Shown: in pieces, positions 38,490 through 50,890 of the stretch | Numbering within the stretch: the first letter of the stretch is position 1 | Layout: every line of letters begins with the position of its first letter | From: Camelus dromedarius | Taxonomy: Eukaryota | Reading direction: 5' to 3' | Assembly: GCF_036321535.1 (NCBI RefSeq) | Contig: NC_087447.1 | Span: forward strand, 44,022,001-44,086,000 | DNA: 64,000 nucleotides | Position numbers and translations under genes: made by a program | Notes under the pieces: generated by a model | Told to the model about the DNA's origin: nothing | Seen by the model: only the letters and a program-made list of their open reading frames with translations | Databases searched by the model: none

Positions 38490-38650
38490 CTGAGCCCCTG
38501 CTGTTCTTTAAGACGCAGTATTTCACCTGATCCTTCAGTAACTCTGTGATACAGATGTCAACACCACCATCTTACAGATGAGGACAGGAAAATTCAGATA
38601 ACTTAGGTTAACTAGCCCAAGATCATATACTTGTTAGTGAAAGAGCTGGT
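38490..38650 (-). mobile_element. MIR SINE
   Basis: catcttacagatgaggacagg...ggttaactagcccaagatcata. Confidence 0.6.
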
Positions 38651-39339
38651 TCTTTTGAGTTAAAGGTTGTAGTCTTCTCTTCTTAGGATTAAAAAATATT
38701 TTATTATCTAACTTATTTTACCACAAGTTAGTGCAAGGTCCTTGCCAAATGTTGAGCAGGTCTCTAACATAATCAGACACTGTCCCTGCCCTCCCTATTC
38801 CTAATACAGTGGAGAAGTGAACGGACACTTCAAACAAAATGCAAGGGAATGAAGAGGAGACAGAAAAAGGAAGATTGAGCACAGAGGCATCCAGCCATTA
38901 AGTTCCAACATAAGCATGAAACATTCATTCAACGTATATTTAGCACTTACAAGTGCAAGCCCTGAGCAGGGTGCTGGGAAGAAAAGATGAATCAAACACT
39001 ATTCCTATCTTTCAAAACAGTAGAGGAAATTGGCATGTAACAAATAAATGCAGTTTAACTACTGCAAGGGGAAGATGGGATTCTGTGCACAGTAAACCAA
39101 GAGACATTTAGGAAGGGATTATTTCCTGATGAAGCATCAAAGAAAAGCTTCACAAAGGAGTTAGACCTTGATCTGCGTATTGATAGGTAAGAAGATGGCC
39201 AAGTAGCAAAAAGGGGTAAGGAAACTGTGACTGGTGTGGAGGTATACGGAGCAGGGGATGGTGAGTGCATTATCATTCACTGCGAGGCTGGAATCACATG
39301 GTAGACAGGTGCCAGATCCCGTGAGGCAGGGCAGTTTCA

Positions 39340-39490
39340 CTGAGGCAGTATAAAACAGCAGGTAAGAGGGTAAATGCTAGGGTCGAACTGATAGGCTTCA
39401 AATCTGTACTTCCTCTCTGTTTGGTTTTAAATCAGCTGTTCAGCTTCATTAAGCCTCAATTTCCTCATCTATAAAATGGAAATGATAACA
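39340..39490 (+). mobile_element. MIR SINE
   Basis: aagcctcaatttcctcatctataaaatggaaatgataa. Confidence 0.65.
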
Positions 39491-39714
39491 AGACAATAAT
39501 AGACAGGTGTCAAATAGAAATCAACCAAAAGGTTTTAATCTGATAAGTATGGATTGAAGTATTTGGCTTGGATTCAGAATAAAAAATGGGCTTCCTAATA
39601 CTTGCTCTCAAAGCCACATGTTGGACCCTACATGTGAGGAGAGTTGGAGCTGCTGAAAAAGTACTTAGTGTGAAGGACTGAAGCCTTCTAACACCTTTGG
39701 AGACCCTTGGAGAC

Positions 39715-39875
39715 CCTTAGAGTATGGTCCACAGACCACAGCAGCATCAGCATTACCTGAAAGTTTAATAGAAATGCATACTCTCGGGCCCTGGCAAAGA
39801 CCTACTGGACCAGAGTCTGCATCTGAATGAGATCCTTTAGCTGACTTCTGTGAACATTAAAGTTTGAGAAATGCT
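39715..39875. mobile_element. MER5A-like hAT MITE
   Basis: gtatggtccacagaccacagcagcatcagcattacctg...aaagtttgagaaatgct. Confidence 0.7.
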
Positions 39876-40239
39876 ACCAGAGAGCACTAGAGAAACTGGA
39901 TAGATGAGAGACTCTCCATCTGGCCTATGAGATCCAGCCTTCCTTCTCCCATGGGAGGAGCCAGTGAAAGGGGCATAAGAGGCAGAAGATTCTACCTGAT
40001 GCCTGTGAAGGTGTAAGTTCCTGCTTGGGGCTGGCAGGAATTCAGAATGGGTGAGAGGATGCTTTCTCCTGTAAGTATAGAGACGGGGGAGGAAGATTAC
40101 CCCACGTATGTGACTCTCGTGTGCAACAATCCTGGAGATTGTGAACGCAGGACAAGAGGAAAATTTGAAAAGACAGCCAATTTGGAATATGTTACAGTTT
40201 CTTTTTTATGTTTAAATCTTAGCTCCAGCTAGAATTTGT

Positions 40240-40492
40240 TCTAAGTCTCTGCTCAAATGTCATCTAATGGGACATTCCCTGAGCACTTTACAGAAACCCC
40301 TACCACTGCCACCATCTCCAATGTTCAGTACTCCCTGCTGCCCTTTCCGTTACCTTAGTTTATCTGTCTCCTCCCCTCCCCACTAGAATGTAAGTTCCAC
40401 AAGGAGCGGTATCTATTTTGTTCATTGCTTAGAACAAAGGGGCACTGGGGACATATAGTAGGTAATAGATAACTATTTGTTAAATGAATGGA
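40240..40492 (+). mobile_element. L2 3' end
   Basis: ccactagaatgtaagttccacaagg...tatttgttaaatgaatg. Confidence 0.65.
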
Positions 40493-41569
40493 TATGAGTT
40501 TGAGATCTCATGGGGCATCAGGTGGAGCTGTCACATAATAACTGTGTTTATAAGTCTGGAGCTCAGGGGAAAATTGGAGTTAGACGTAAAGGATGGTAGT
40601 CATCAGCTACTGACGGGCTGTGAAGCTTGGAGGCTAGATGAGATCACTTGGACAGAATCCTGCCTTTAAGGGGAAGATGATTTCCCTGTCTGGTTGAGGT
40701 GACGTGGGATCCCAGGAGAAAAAATGGTGTCTTCCCCAGAGAGGCCTGGGTACAGAGAATAAACAGGTCACCACAAGTGCCATCAGATGCAGCCACCTTT
40801 TCTTGTTTTCCTTGGACAAAGCTAGCAACTTCTTGGAAAGTTTTATGATGTCACAAGAGGCAAAACTGCCAACAGCAGCATTTATCATTTATGGCAAAAC
40901 ACTTTAATAATTCACTGCTTCAATTAACATTTGCTGTTAATCAAGATTTCATGTCTGAAAGCATCACACCCAAGCTCAGCAGGTCGGTTCAGAATCAACT
41001 CCATCTGTCTGTCATAGAACCCAGTAGGAAGGACACAAGGAGATAAATGCCAGGCCTACTTAAAGCTGGTGGTGGGGCCCCCTTCTGAAGCAAGCTGCTC
41101 CTGGGAGCCAGGCACCCTATGGAGTTAGGCAAAGCAAACTCTGCCTCCAAAAGGGGCCTGGACTTTTCAAAGGAAAAGCAGAATGTTTTCCCTATGTGAG
41201 AGGAAGAGATTACTAATTAGATTAGGTCTCTTTCAAAAACCCTTTATTTCAAGATTTTCTCTCTGTTTCTTCGTTTCCCGCAAGCTGAAAAAACAATCTG
41301 TACTGGAGCAGAGCCTTGTTCACATATTTGATCATTTAAAATCTGATCCTCTGCTGATAACTGTTTCTGCTAAAAGGCAGCACTTCCCTCCAGGAACAGA
41401 AAAGAAGCCAGAAAGGATGCCTTTCACCATTTATTGTTGCTATTATTATTATTATATCTACTGTTCTAAGATGTATAAAATCTTATTTTAAAAATTGTAA
41501 CTTAAATAAGCACACTTTACTGAGATGAAATCATATTAAGGGATTACTAGATAGCATCAAATGATCAGA

Positions 41570-41720
41570 GATTCTGCTCTTTGACTTAAATAGCAGTTAC
41601 TTAATCTCTCTGAGCCTCAGTTGTTCTACCTATAAAATGGAATAACAGTATGGAACTCAGAAGGCTGTTGTAAGTATTAAACGAATCACTGCAAAACACT
41701 TTGCACATGACTTGTCTCCT
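41570..41720 (+). mobile_element. MIR SINE
   Basis: gttacttaatctctctgagcctcagttgttctacctataaaatggaataacag. Confidence 0.65.
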
Positions 41721-41819
41721 GGGAAGCACTAGACCACTTTATGTGCAACAGGTGCGATGCACTTCACACCCTTAGGGACTAAAGGTGAGCACAACTCCTT
41801 TATTTTTTTCAATTACTCA

Positions 41820-42720
41820 CTTCAGCTATTCATTCATTCAATAAACATTTATTAAATGATTACTATGTACTAAGGATTGTTCCAGGAGCTGAGGATCCAT
41901 TCAAGAACCCCGCTCCCAAGGAACTTGCAGTCTAATACTAGAAGAAATACTAAATGAATTAATTCATAGCTAGACACTCCTTCAATTATTCATTCATCTG
42001 TTGCCACTCCCTCCCTGACTGCACCCCACCCCCCACTACACCATAAACTAGTTGTTAGCTTAGATTAGAGAGGTGACAGACAAATAGGTAGGTAGACAAA
42101 AATAATTATGAAAACATTAAGTAGTGGTAAATGCTAACTTGAAAATATTAGAATGATGGGAAGTGGGGGCTACTTTTACTTGGATGTCCAAGAAAGGCCT
42201 CTCTGATGCTGGGATGTGGAAGCTGAGGAGCCAGAAGTGCAATGAAGCAAAGGGAACAGCTGGTACCCAGGCCCTGGGGTGGGAATGAACTTTCCTGCTC
42301 CCGAAAAATGTGGCTCCAGTGCAGAGGGCAAGGGGAAGAGTGATAAAAGAAGGGGCTGGAAAGGGGTCAGACCTTGCAGGGCCTTGTAGTCCAGTGTATG
42401 GAGATTCAATTTCGTTTCGAGGAGGATGTTAAGCCACTGGCGTGTTTTGGCATGGGAATGACAAGGTTGATTTCTATTTTTAAAAGTTAACTCTGTGTAG
42501 AGAGTGAATATTACAGGGGAGAGAGCTGAAATGAGTCAGGAGGTAAGTAAACCAGGACAGCAATGCCAGTGGCCCAAACCAGCATCACAGAAGCAGAAGT
42601 AAAGAAAGGCAGATGAATTTATGTAGGTTTGAGAGATGGGAGTCATTAGGGCTTATTGATAAGACTGGAAATAGGGAAAGGGAAAACAGATTTCTGGCTT
42701 GAGCAACTTTAAGAAATCCA
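41820..42720 (-). mobile_element. L2 fragments
   Basis: attcattcattcaataaacatttattaaatgattactatgt ... aagccactgg ... tttctggcttgagcaact. Confidence 0.65.
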
Positions 42721-42819
42721 GTTTCTCCCCAGTGAAACCCCCACCATGCTCAAAGTGCCAGAACACCAGGGGCTCACTCGCTCTGAACAGCTCCATCCTA
42801 CTTCTAAAAACACATTCAG

Positions 42820-43250
42820 GAAAACACGATCGCTTCACACCCTCCACTCTTCCGCTGCTGTCTCACGTGATTGGGCACTGGTTTCATAAAGTGAGGGGGT
42901 GCTTGTTTACAGCTGCGGCAATAACCTCTATAAAGATCCTTCACCTCCGCAGTAACGCCTCATCCTTGGATCCCCAGCGTGTGACTTGGTCAGCTCCAGA
43001 AACACACCTTCGCCATTTCCCCCAGAGTCCACAGCCTGCCGGGGTGGCTGCGCCTGCTGCCGTGCCAGCCCCAACCACACCCCGAAGCAGAGCCCCCAGC
43101 CCCACCCAAGGCCCACGCGCCGCACTCCCGGCCGCAGCCCAGACTCACCCACGGCAGGCTCCTGTTTGGGGCCTTTGTTTCATTTCCGGCCCTGGGCCTC
43201 ATGTTTGCTATGTCGATGGACTCTAGGAGTTTTCCCATCAATGAATCGCC
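42820..43250. promoter_or_regulatory. Small CpG-rich promoter/enhancer-like island
   Basis: About 21 CpGs in ~400 bp (hand count) against a CpG-depleted background. Motifs: CACGTG abutting ATTGG (~42865-42875), TGTTTAC (~42904), TATAAAG (~42928) and CCGGAAAT on the minus strand (~43182-43189). Confidence 0.6.
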
Positions 43251-44894
43251 TTCTGCAAATCATTTCACATCCTCCTCTGAGCTCAGCACACTGTGCAGAC
43301 AGGACCACAGCTTTTGCTCAGCTACATAAAGAGAGAAAAATGCTCTTTTAAACCTAGTCCCAGGGCCAGGTAAACCTACTGGTTATTTATTTAAATAAAT
43401 AATGATTCAAATGTTTTGCTCACAATTAGCCAGTTGCCATCTCCATCAGTAGAAATAGAAGAAGGCCATAAAGCCAAGTTTTCTGCCTCAAAAGTTACCT
43501 ACTTATACAAGCAAAATTAAGTTTATATGTCTCCCTGAAAAAGTGTGTATATATAAAATACAAGTAGTATTCTGAAAAATATATATAGTAGTCAATGAGT
43601 CAAAGCCAATATGGAGACTGACAATCTTCCAAGAACATAATTTATCTTGGTGGCAGGTGGGGAACATGCCATTTTGAGGTGAGATGAACTGATGCTCAAA
43701 TTAATTGGAGCAGGCAGCGGCCATCCTGCACAGCAAGGAAAGGGTCTTTTAGAGGAGTGTGGGTCCTTCTGTGAAGCAGGCCAGGCTCCGAGATTGCCAA
43801 ATGCTCCTTAACACAATAATGGTGAAGTGTATCGTTCCAACGTAGGCAAGGCCCAGAGTCATGCTGATACAAATTATTTCCTTCTTGGTACATATTAAAT
43901 TGTATTGTCCTTGGCAAAAATTATATTCACCTTGATGAGATGTATTTACATGTTAGGATAAATAGCAAAAAAAATCTAGTTTTCAGTTTTCTCTTTAGGA
44001 AATTAAAGGTAAGCCTCACCCCACCTTACCCCTCCCAATTTAGCAATGAATTGAGCATAAGGAAACTGCAGTGAATGCATTGGCGAAACTCGAGATACTA
44101 CTGTAGTTTGCAAAATGCCAAGATGAAACTCTTAATCCTAAGGTGTGCAGGGAGCTCCCTGAGTGAAGAAGGAGGGCGCTGGAAAGAGAGATGCAAGAAG
44201 GGGAAGCTGACCCAGGGAGAAAGCAGCGTCAATGGGAGGGAATGTCCACTGGGCACATCTGAGCAGAGGCTGAAGGATGGCTTTTGTGGCACAAACTGGA
44301 CTGAGTTCTGAGCTTGTTCCCATAGTGAGGTGGCCTCATCCTTCCCTTCTATTATTATAGTTCTGCCTGTTTTTCTGATGAAGAACAGGGAGACTCTGGC
44401 AGTGCAGCCAGGAAAAATTTTGTTGTTCCTAGTCCCATCACAGGGCTCTGGCTGAGACATTTTTGAAGGGTTGTGGTCCATGTGGATTATTAAATGACAA
44501 CTGGTTTTCAGAAGTGACTATCTCAACAAAGATCACCCCCTCAAAAGTGGGAGACTCAATGGCCCGTCACAAATGAGCAGAGCTGAGAAGGGCCCTGCCA
44601 CACTCAGATTACAACGCGGAGCCGGGCCCCACTCCTGTGTGACCACATGGAGGACTTGCAGGTCTCTTCCTGGCCCTTCTTTCTTGCTTTATATAACATT
44701 TGTGCTCTTGTAAAATCAGTTTTATAGTTAATTTATATAAATTGGATGTCAACCTCCCTTTTATTTCTGCTATCATTGTAGACATTATAAACCCAAAAGA
44801 AGAAGTTTCTTTTCTTTTTTTTTTTTTTTGGTGTTCTGATTCTATTTTTTTATTTTTATTTGTTTGTAGGGGTAGGTTTATTTATTTATTTTTA

Positions 44895-45420
44895 TTAAGA
44901 GTCTTATTTTTTTCAGAGCAGTTTCAGGTTCACAGCAGAATTGAGCAGAAAATACAGAGAGTTTGCACATAGTCCTCCCCACCTACGCATATTACCCTAC
45001 CCTCAACATCCCTCATCAATGTGGTATATTTGGTACAATTGATGAACCAACATGGACACATTATTATCAACCAAAGTCTGTAGTTTACATTAGGGTTCAC
45101 TCTTGATGATGTATATTCTATGGGTTTTGACAAATGCATAATGACATGTAGCCACCACTATAGTATCATACAGAATAATTTCATTGCCCTAAAAATCTCT
45201 TGTGCTCCAGCTATTCACTCCTCCCTCCCTCCCTCTCCTCAAACCCCTGGAAAGCACAATCTTTTTATTGTTTCTGTAGCTTTGCCTTTTCCAGAATGTC
45301 ATTTGGTTGGAATCGTACAGTTTGTAGTCTTTTCAGACTGGCTTCTTTCGTTTAGTAATATGTCTTTTAAGTTTCTTCCATGTCTTTCATGGCTTGATAG
45401 CTCATTTTTCTTTACTGTAC
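44895..45420 (-). mobile_element. L1MC1-like 3' end, with a SINE tail remnant in its A-rich end (~44845-44895)
   Basis: Same 3'UTR family as 18735-20064 (agtttacattagggttcactcttgatgatgtatattctatgggttttgacaaatg). The flanking ggggtaggtttatttattta matches the antisense of the SINE tail at ~3860. Confidence 0.82.
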
Positions 45421-45524
45421 ATGTATTTTTAATTTACATATATGTACTTTTCATTGTTTCTAAGAACATTTAGAGCTATAGTTTTTTAAACTTATATAGT
45501 TATCAAAGGAATAAAGCCAACCAC

Positions 45525-46045
45525 AAAATAAGAACTAATTCAAAAAGATACATACACCCTGCTATTAACAGCAACATTATTTATAATTGCCAAGATATGG
45601 AAGCATCCTAAATGCACATCAATAGTTGAACAGATAATGAAGGTGAAGCATATATATATGTAATGGAATACAACTCACCCATAAGAAAGAAGGATATTTT
45701 GTTATTTCAGTCACTTTTTTTTTTCACTTCAAAAATCAAGAATCTTATAACTGGCAGAGACCTTTCCATTACATCAAAAACATCAAAATACCTAGAAATA
45801 AACTTAACCAAGGAGGTTACCTATACTCCAAAAATCGAAATGACACAAAGAAATGGAAAGATTTCTTATGCTCTTGGATTAGAAGAATCAACACTGTCAA
45901 AATGGCCACACTACCCAAAGCAATCTACAGATCCAACACAACCTCCGTCAAAATACTCACTTCATTCCTTACAGAACTAGAACAAACAATTCCAAAATTT
46001 ATAAGGAACCACAAAAGAGCCTGAACAGCCAAAGCAATCTCCAAA
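45525..46045 (+). mobile_element. Two L1 ORF2 fragments in non-collinear order
   Basis: 45525-45705 is the ORF2 C-terminal region. 45770-46045 is an upstream ORF2 region (KYLEINLTKEV...KKWK...KMATLPKAIYR). Confidence 0.75.
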
Positions 46046-46099
46046 AGAAGAAGTTTCAATTGAAGATATCAGCTGATGAGTAGAGACGGTCTCTGTATA

Positions 46100-46790
46100 T
46101 CAAAAACTAACCCAAAACTGAAAGGCAGATGATAAACTGGGAGAAATATTTGCAGTATTCTAACAGATCAAGTGTCAATCTATTTAGAATAAACATTTAA
46201 ATGACAACAAAGATAGTAATTTTTCATCTATCACAATAAAGATTTTAAAACGAGAATGTTCAGTGCTGGCAAGGGCACAGGATAACAGTTTCCAGATAGC
46301 TATTTGGTAATATGTTTCAAGAGCTTTAAATATGTTTATATCCTCTGATCCATGACTTCTACTTCTGGAACACATTCTAAGGAAACAATATAAAATAGGA
46401 TCCAAGATTTAAGCACACAGCTGCCCTCTGAAGCATAATTTACAAAAGTAAGCCAATGTCCAACATTTGGAGAATGATTAAGGAAGTTATGGTAAGTCTA
46501 TATAGTGGGACATGATACTACTATTGAAATGATGCTTGTGAAAGTTTTTAATGATAGAGGAAAACTATTATGAATGTTCTTTTTCAAGTGAAAAATGCAA
46601 GCTATTACTTTATATATAAAATATAATTCAGCTATGTAGAATTTCATCACAAAAAGATTTGGAAAGAAATATGTTAAAATGTTATCAGTAGTTGCTTTAA
46701 AATGCCTAGATTATTTTTCTACTTATTCACATGACTATGTTAGTTCCATACTTTCTGTAATGAAACTATGCCTTTACAATTAGAAAAAAC
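46100..46790 (+). mobile_element. L1ME-type 3' fragment
   Basis: aactgggagaaatatttgca...tatcctctgatccatgacttctacttctggaa...aaatgttatcagtagttg. Confidence 0.6.
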
Positions 46791-48433
46791 AGCAAAAATA
46801 TAACATAGTTTTACGTTAAAAGGAACCAAGATTCTTTGGATAAATGGCTGAATTCAGGTTTGGGGGATGAAATTTGTAAGATGATCCTGCAGCATTTTGT
46901 TGGTACCTGAAAACAAACGTTCAAAGACTGCTGGAATGGATCGCTACAATTCATTTCTACCTATAACATACATGCTTGAGTCAAAAATAGACCTGACAGA
47001 CTCCTGAAAAGTTTCTAGGACAAACACCATGAATTACATAATGAGTCCTCCACATCCACAGGACTGGGGGGAGGGGGCTGGGTACAGTTCAAACAGTTTC
47101 CTCCTGATTGACTATAGACACCAAGACCAGTGCCATAATCTTCTTTCATCATTGCATCCTCAGTGCCAGGCAAGGTTCTTAACACATAATATGTGTTTAA
47201 TAAAATGTTGTTGAATGTATTTGTTAAATTAGTTTCCAAGGTTGGCTTTCCCGGACAGAAAATGCATTTAGACTAAAGTTACAATAAACTTTGTATCCTT
47301 GGGCCATACAATTTTTCTTGGTTAGTGAACACTTTAACATATGGATATTATCACAGTTGAGTGAGCTATTCTTTCCAAAGCCTTGATCTCCTTAAATTTG
47401 ATGTAGACGACTTAAAGGCCCTGTCTAGCCATGAGTGCCTCTTAAGAGTAGCTTAAGAGATCTTGGTCTGAAATGAACAAAATTCCAATCTGCATCATTT
47501 TTGTCTAAAATAAATTAGAACGAGTGTGAATTTTCCCAGTCATCTACTTCTTCAGATGATTAGTGACCCCGGGAAGATATTTCTGCGTAGGAACACTCAG
47601 AAAAGGAACAAATTTTGGGGAGAGGAGTCTACTAATTAGGACCTGAGATCCCTGAAACATCAAAGATGTATGAAGTGGTCTAATTGGATCAGACACTGGC
47701 CCCTAAACCACCACCATTGTGTGGTTCACAGACTCATAGCTGAGCTGAGCGGGGAACTTCCTTCAAACAGCCCCTGCAGTCAGCATGAAAGCAAGTCCCC
47801 CTCATTGTTCCAGCAGGCGCAGGCTGCATTTATTCTGGGTCTGCTCTTTTAATCCTCTGTGAGCCATCCACATGTGTAAGGCCTCTGGTCTATTATCGGA
47901 GTGTAATCTTTTCACTTTTCAAAATAGCTTCTCTCTGGAGCCAGAAAGCTTAAATAGGGCACTGGAGTGCTAATCAGCTCCTGTTCATGTGTGGGAATGG
48001 CAAGCCATCTGTGTAGCAGCCGAAACAGAGACACAAAGCTGGACTCCCTTGGTCTGACCCAGGGATGCAGTAATGCCACCCTCGGCTCCTATTTCAAAGA
48101 CAATGGTCCGGGTTCCAATAAGTGTAAAAGGGGAGAAATTAGTGGTAGGGCAGGTGACATGCACTTCTACTATGAAAAAACAGAACAGGCATCAACACTT
48201 AGTTTCCTTTGCAGTCATCAGACTACTGCTAGAATCAGAAGTTATTCATCAGAAGCAAATTCATTCCCATACCATGAGGGAAAAGACATCTGAACCATCT
48301 ATCTTTTGGACTTGATATAGAAACACAGGTTCATCTTCCTAGGACCTTTCCTTCAGGATTTGTGTGCCCATTTTGACTTTATGATCACCTATGTGCCTAA
48401 ACATTGGTTCTTTAATCAAGAATAAAATTAAGT

Positions 48434-48605
48434 GAGGGGGGAGAGTACTGCTCAAGTGGTATAGTGAATGCTTAATATGCAGGAGGTCCTGGTTCAATCC
48501 CCAGTACCTCCTCCAAAAAAAACCAAAACAAAACCAAAAAAAAGCCAATTACCTCCCCCAATTAAATAATACAATAATAAATAAAATATTTTTTAAAAAA
48601 TTAAA
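48434..48605 (+). mobile_element. tRNA-Ala-derived camelid SINE (more diverged)
   Basis: gctcaagtggtatagtgaatgcttaatatgcaggaggtcctggttcaatccccagtacctcc plus a tail with ccaattacctccccc. Confidence 0.85.
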
Positions 48606-48909
48606 AATAAGTAAAATGCTATGTTTTAATACATAATCTCAATTTTCCCTGCATCGACATGCACTTTCAGAACACAAAGGAAGCTATTTCAGTTAATTTT
48701 TTGTTTTTGTTTTTCAACTTAAGAGAAGAAAACACCTGCCTAATTTTCCTCTGGAGTTTAGAACAAACCTAGGAGGGACACTGGCCAGAGAGGCCAAAGC
48801 CAGAGCTGGGTGCTGGGTTCTTAGTCAGGGTAGAAAGAGTGGGCTACCAAAGCCCCTAGAAGTGGGTAACATCAGAAGGTGAGAATAGGCCAAAGCCAGG
48901 AACACCCCA

Positions 48910-49720
48910 TCTCAGTACTCCACACACCCTACATTCAATCCAACAGCAAAGCCTTCCAGCTGTACCTTCAAAATACATTCAGAATTGTATCACTTCTTCC
49001 TGCTTCTACCATTACAACCTGGCCCAAGCCACCATCAACTCCTTCCCGGGTAACTGTGATAGACTCCTAACTGCTCTCTCTTCTGATTTTATCTGCCCCA
49101 CCTCAAGCCTATTCTCCATATGAAAGTCCAAGTTGTCCTTTTAAGACATGCCAGGTGATGGGACTTCCTTATTCAAAACCCTTCAAGGATTATAGTTTCA
49201 GATTAAAGCCAAAGTCTCAACCATGGCTTAGAAGACCCCATATCCTGTGTTCCCCTTGTCCTCACTAATACGATGACCTTACCTCTCACCAGTCTTGTTC
49301 CACTCACTCTGTTCCAGCTTTTACACTAGCATTTCCCTCTAATGAGATGTTCTTCATACCAGACACAAGTATGCTCTCACTCTAAATTCCTTTCAATTTT
49401 TGTTCAAGTGTTGCCTTATTTGAGATTTCCCTGATCACACTACCTTAAACAGTAACCCCTAGGACTCCTTGTCCCTTTTAGTCTTACCTATTTTATTTTT
49501 CTTTATAGCACTACTGTAAACCATACCTATGTATCTATAAACATATATATATATTTGTTTATATTTTGTGTCCACCACTACACCTAATATCAGAAGGTAA
49601 GTTCCATTAGGGCAGAATCTTTGTTTTACTCACTGGTGTATCCTCAGCACCTAGAATGGAGTCTGGCACATAAGAGACATTCAGTCAATATGTGCTGAAT
49701 AAATGAATGAATGAAAGTCA
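48910..49720 (+). mobile_element. L2 3' region
   Basis: cagctgtaccttcaaaatacattcagaat...cagcacctagaatggagtctggcacataag...tgaataaatgaatgaatg. Confidence 0.8.
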
Positions 49721-50890
49721 CATCTGGCATTTTATTCAGAGAGATAGGACAGAATTACAACCAAGAGACAAAGCTAAGGACTAGAAAACAGGAGAATACA
49801 GAGACAGAAGGAGAACTAGGAGTCAGAGCAGAGTCCCAGTGAGAATGCCATGGTTCAGAAGACTGAATCTCACTTCTACTGTCCACCAGATGTTGAATAC
49901 GGAGTAAGTCAACTTGATTCGAAGCCTGATTACATGAAGATCAGGTAGTTTGAGGAATCTACTTCATTACCTGTGGGGAAATCAGAAGATGTCTTGCTCT
50001 CTAGCACCTGTTCCATTCTCTGGACATCATCAAGCTCCCAGGGAGACTATCTTGTGTAGTCTTCATCTCTGTGTTTTGAACGTCTGACCTGGTGCCAGGT
50101 AGAGGACACATGTTTGATAAATGATTGTTGAAATGAGTGGACTGTGAGTATGTCAGGAATCCCTCTGCAAACTTCTGGAATGTGGGGTGTTGTAAGTCCT
50201 GACTCTGCACTCTCTTCCTTCTCTCCAGAGTCCCTGTAACACTTCTCAGCTCAATATTATACCTTGAAAGCCAAGAAAGAACCAAATCAGGACTGAGACA
50301 TATACTTTCTTGTCCCCATAAGTATTCAAGCATGATCTCTAAGCAGGGTCTGTTCTTTCTTAAAACAGGATTTGTTCTAGTATGGCCTGTGGTTAAAAAT
50401 AAAGCCCCTTCACTTCTTTCTTTTCTCTGAAGCATGTTTCTGCAATTCTAGCATACTTGGATGTTATTTTTCTGGACACAAGTCTTGTATGTCTTATCAT
50501 TGTTCTTCATGTCAATTTTATTCATACAAATGTTCATTACGTTAATTCTCAGTCAATAGTGCATGTAAGGAAGCCTCTGGTCATGTGCCCTTCTTTCATC
50601 TTTAAACTGTCCTTTGGTATCTGAGCTGATCAGACAGCTCCCTCTTCAGTCTGCTTGACATCTTCACGTGCCTCTTCCTTTTCTTCTTTGCTATCATGTT
50701 TTGTATTTTTTAAATCATAATTTTCCAATTCTTTTAAAGCCAACTTTAAAGTTTCGCATTGCAGAACTATGATTGTCTTCTTTCTCCTCTTTAGAATATC
50801 TACCATTTTCAAATCTAATACTACTCTTTCACTTTTTTCTCAATGTTTACATCACAAACAAATTCCTCATTATTGGTTAGACGTCGGCCT

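Noticed and set aside
37303..39722. Short local tandem duplications (tagtttctggt x2 at ~37310; ttggagaccc x2 at ~39697)
   Set aside because: Ordinary slippage duplications in or beside repeats.
42699..43351. Overlapping 175-aa and 121-aa plus-strand ORFs
   Set aside because: Pro/Ala/Arg-rich frames expected from GC-rich DNA. One starts at a non-ATG codon inside an L2 remnant. No recognisable domain.
43750..43920. Minus-strand peptide TLGLAYVGTI resembling an ADAM metalloprotease motif
   Set aside because: Short match with no following Cys or HExxH context and no further ADAM-like exons found. Treated as chance.
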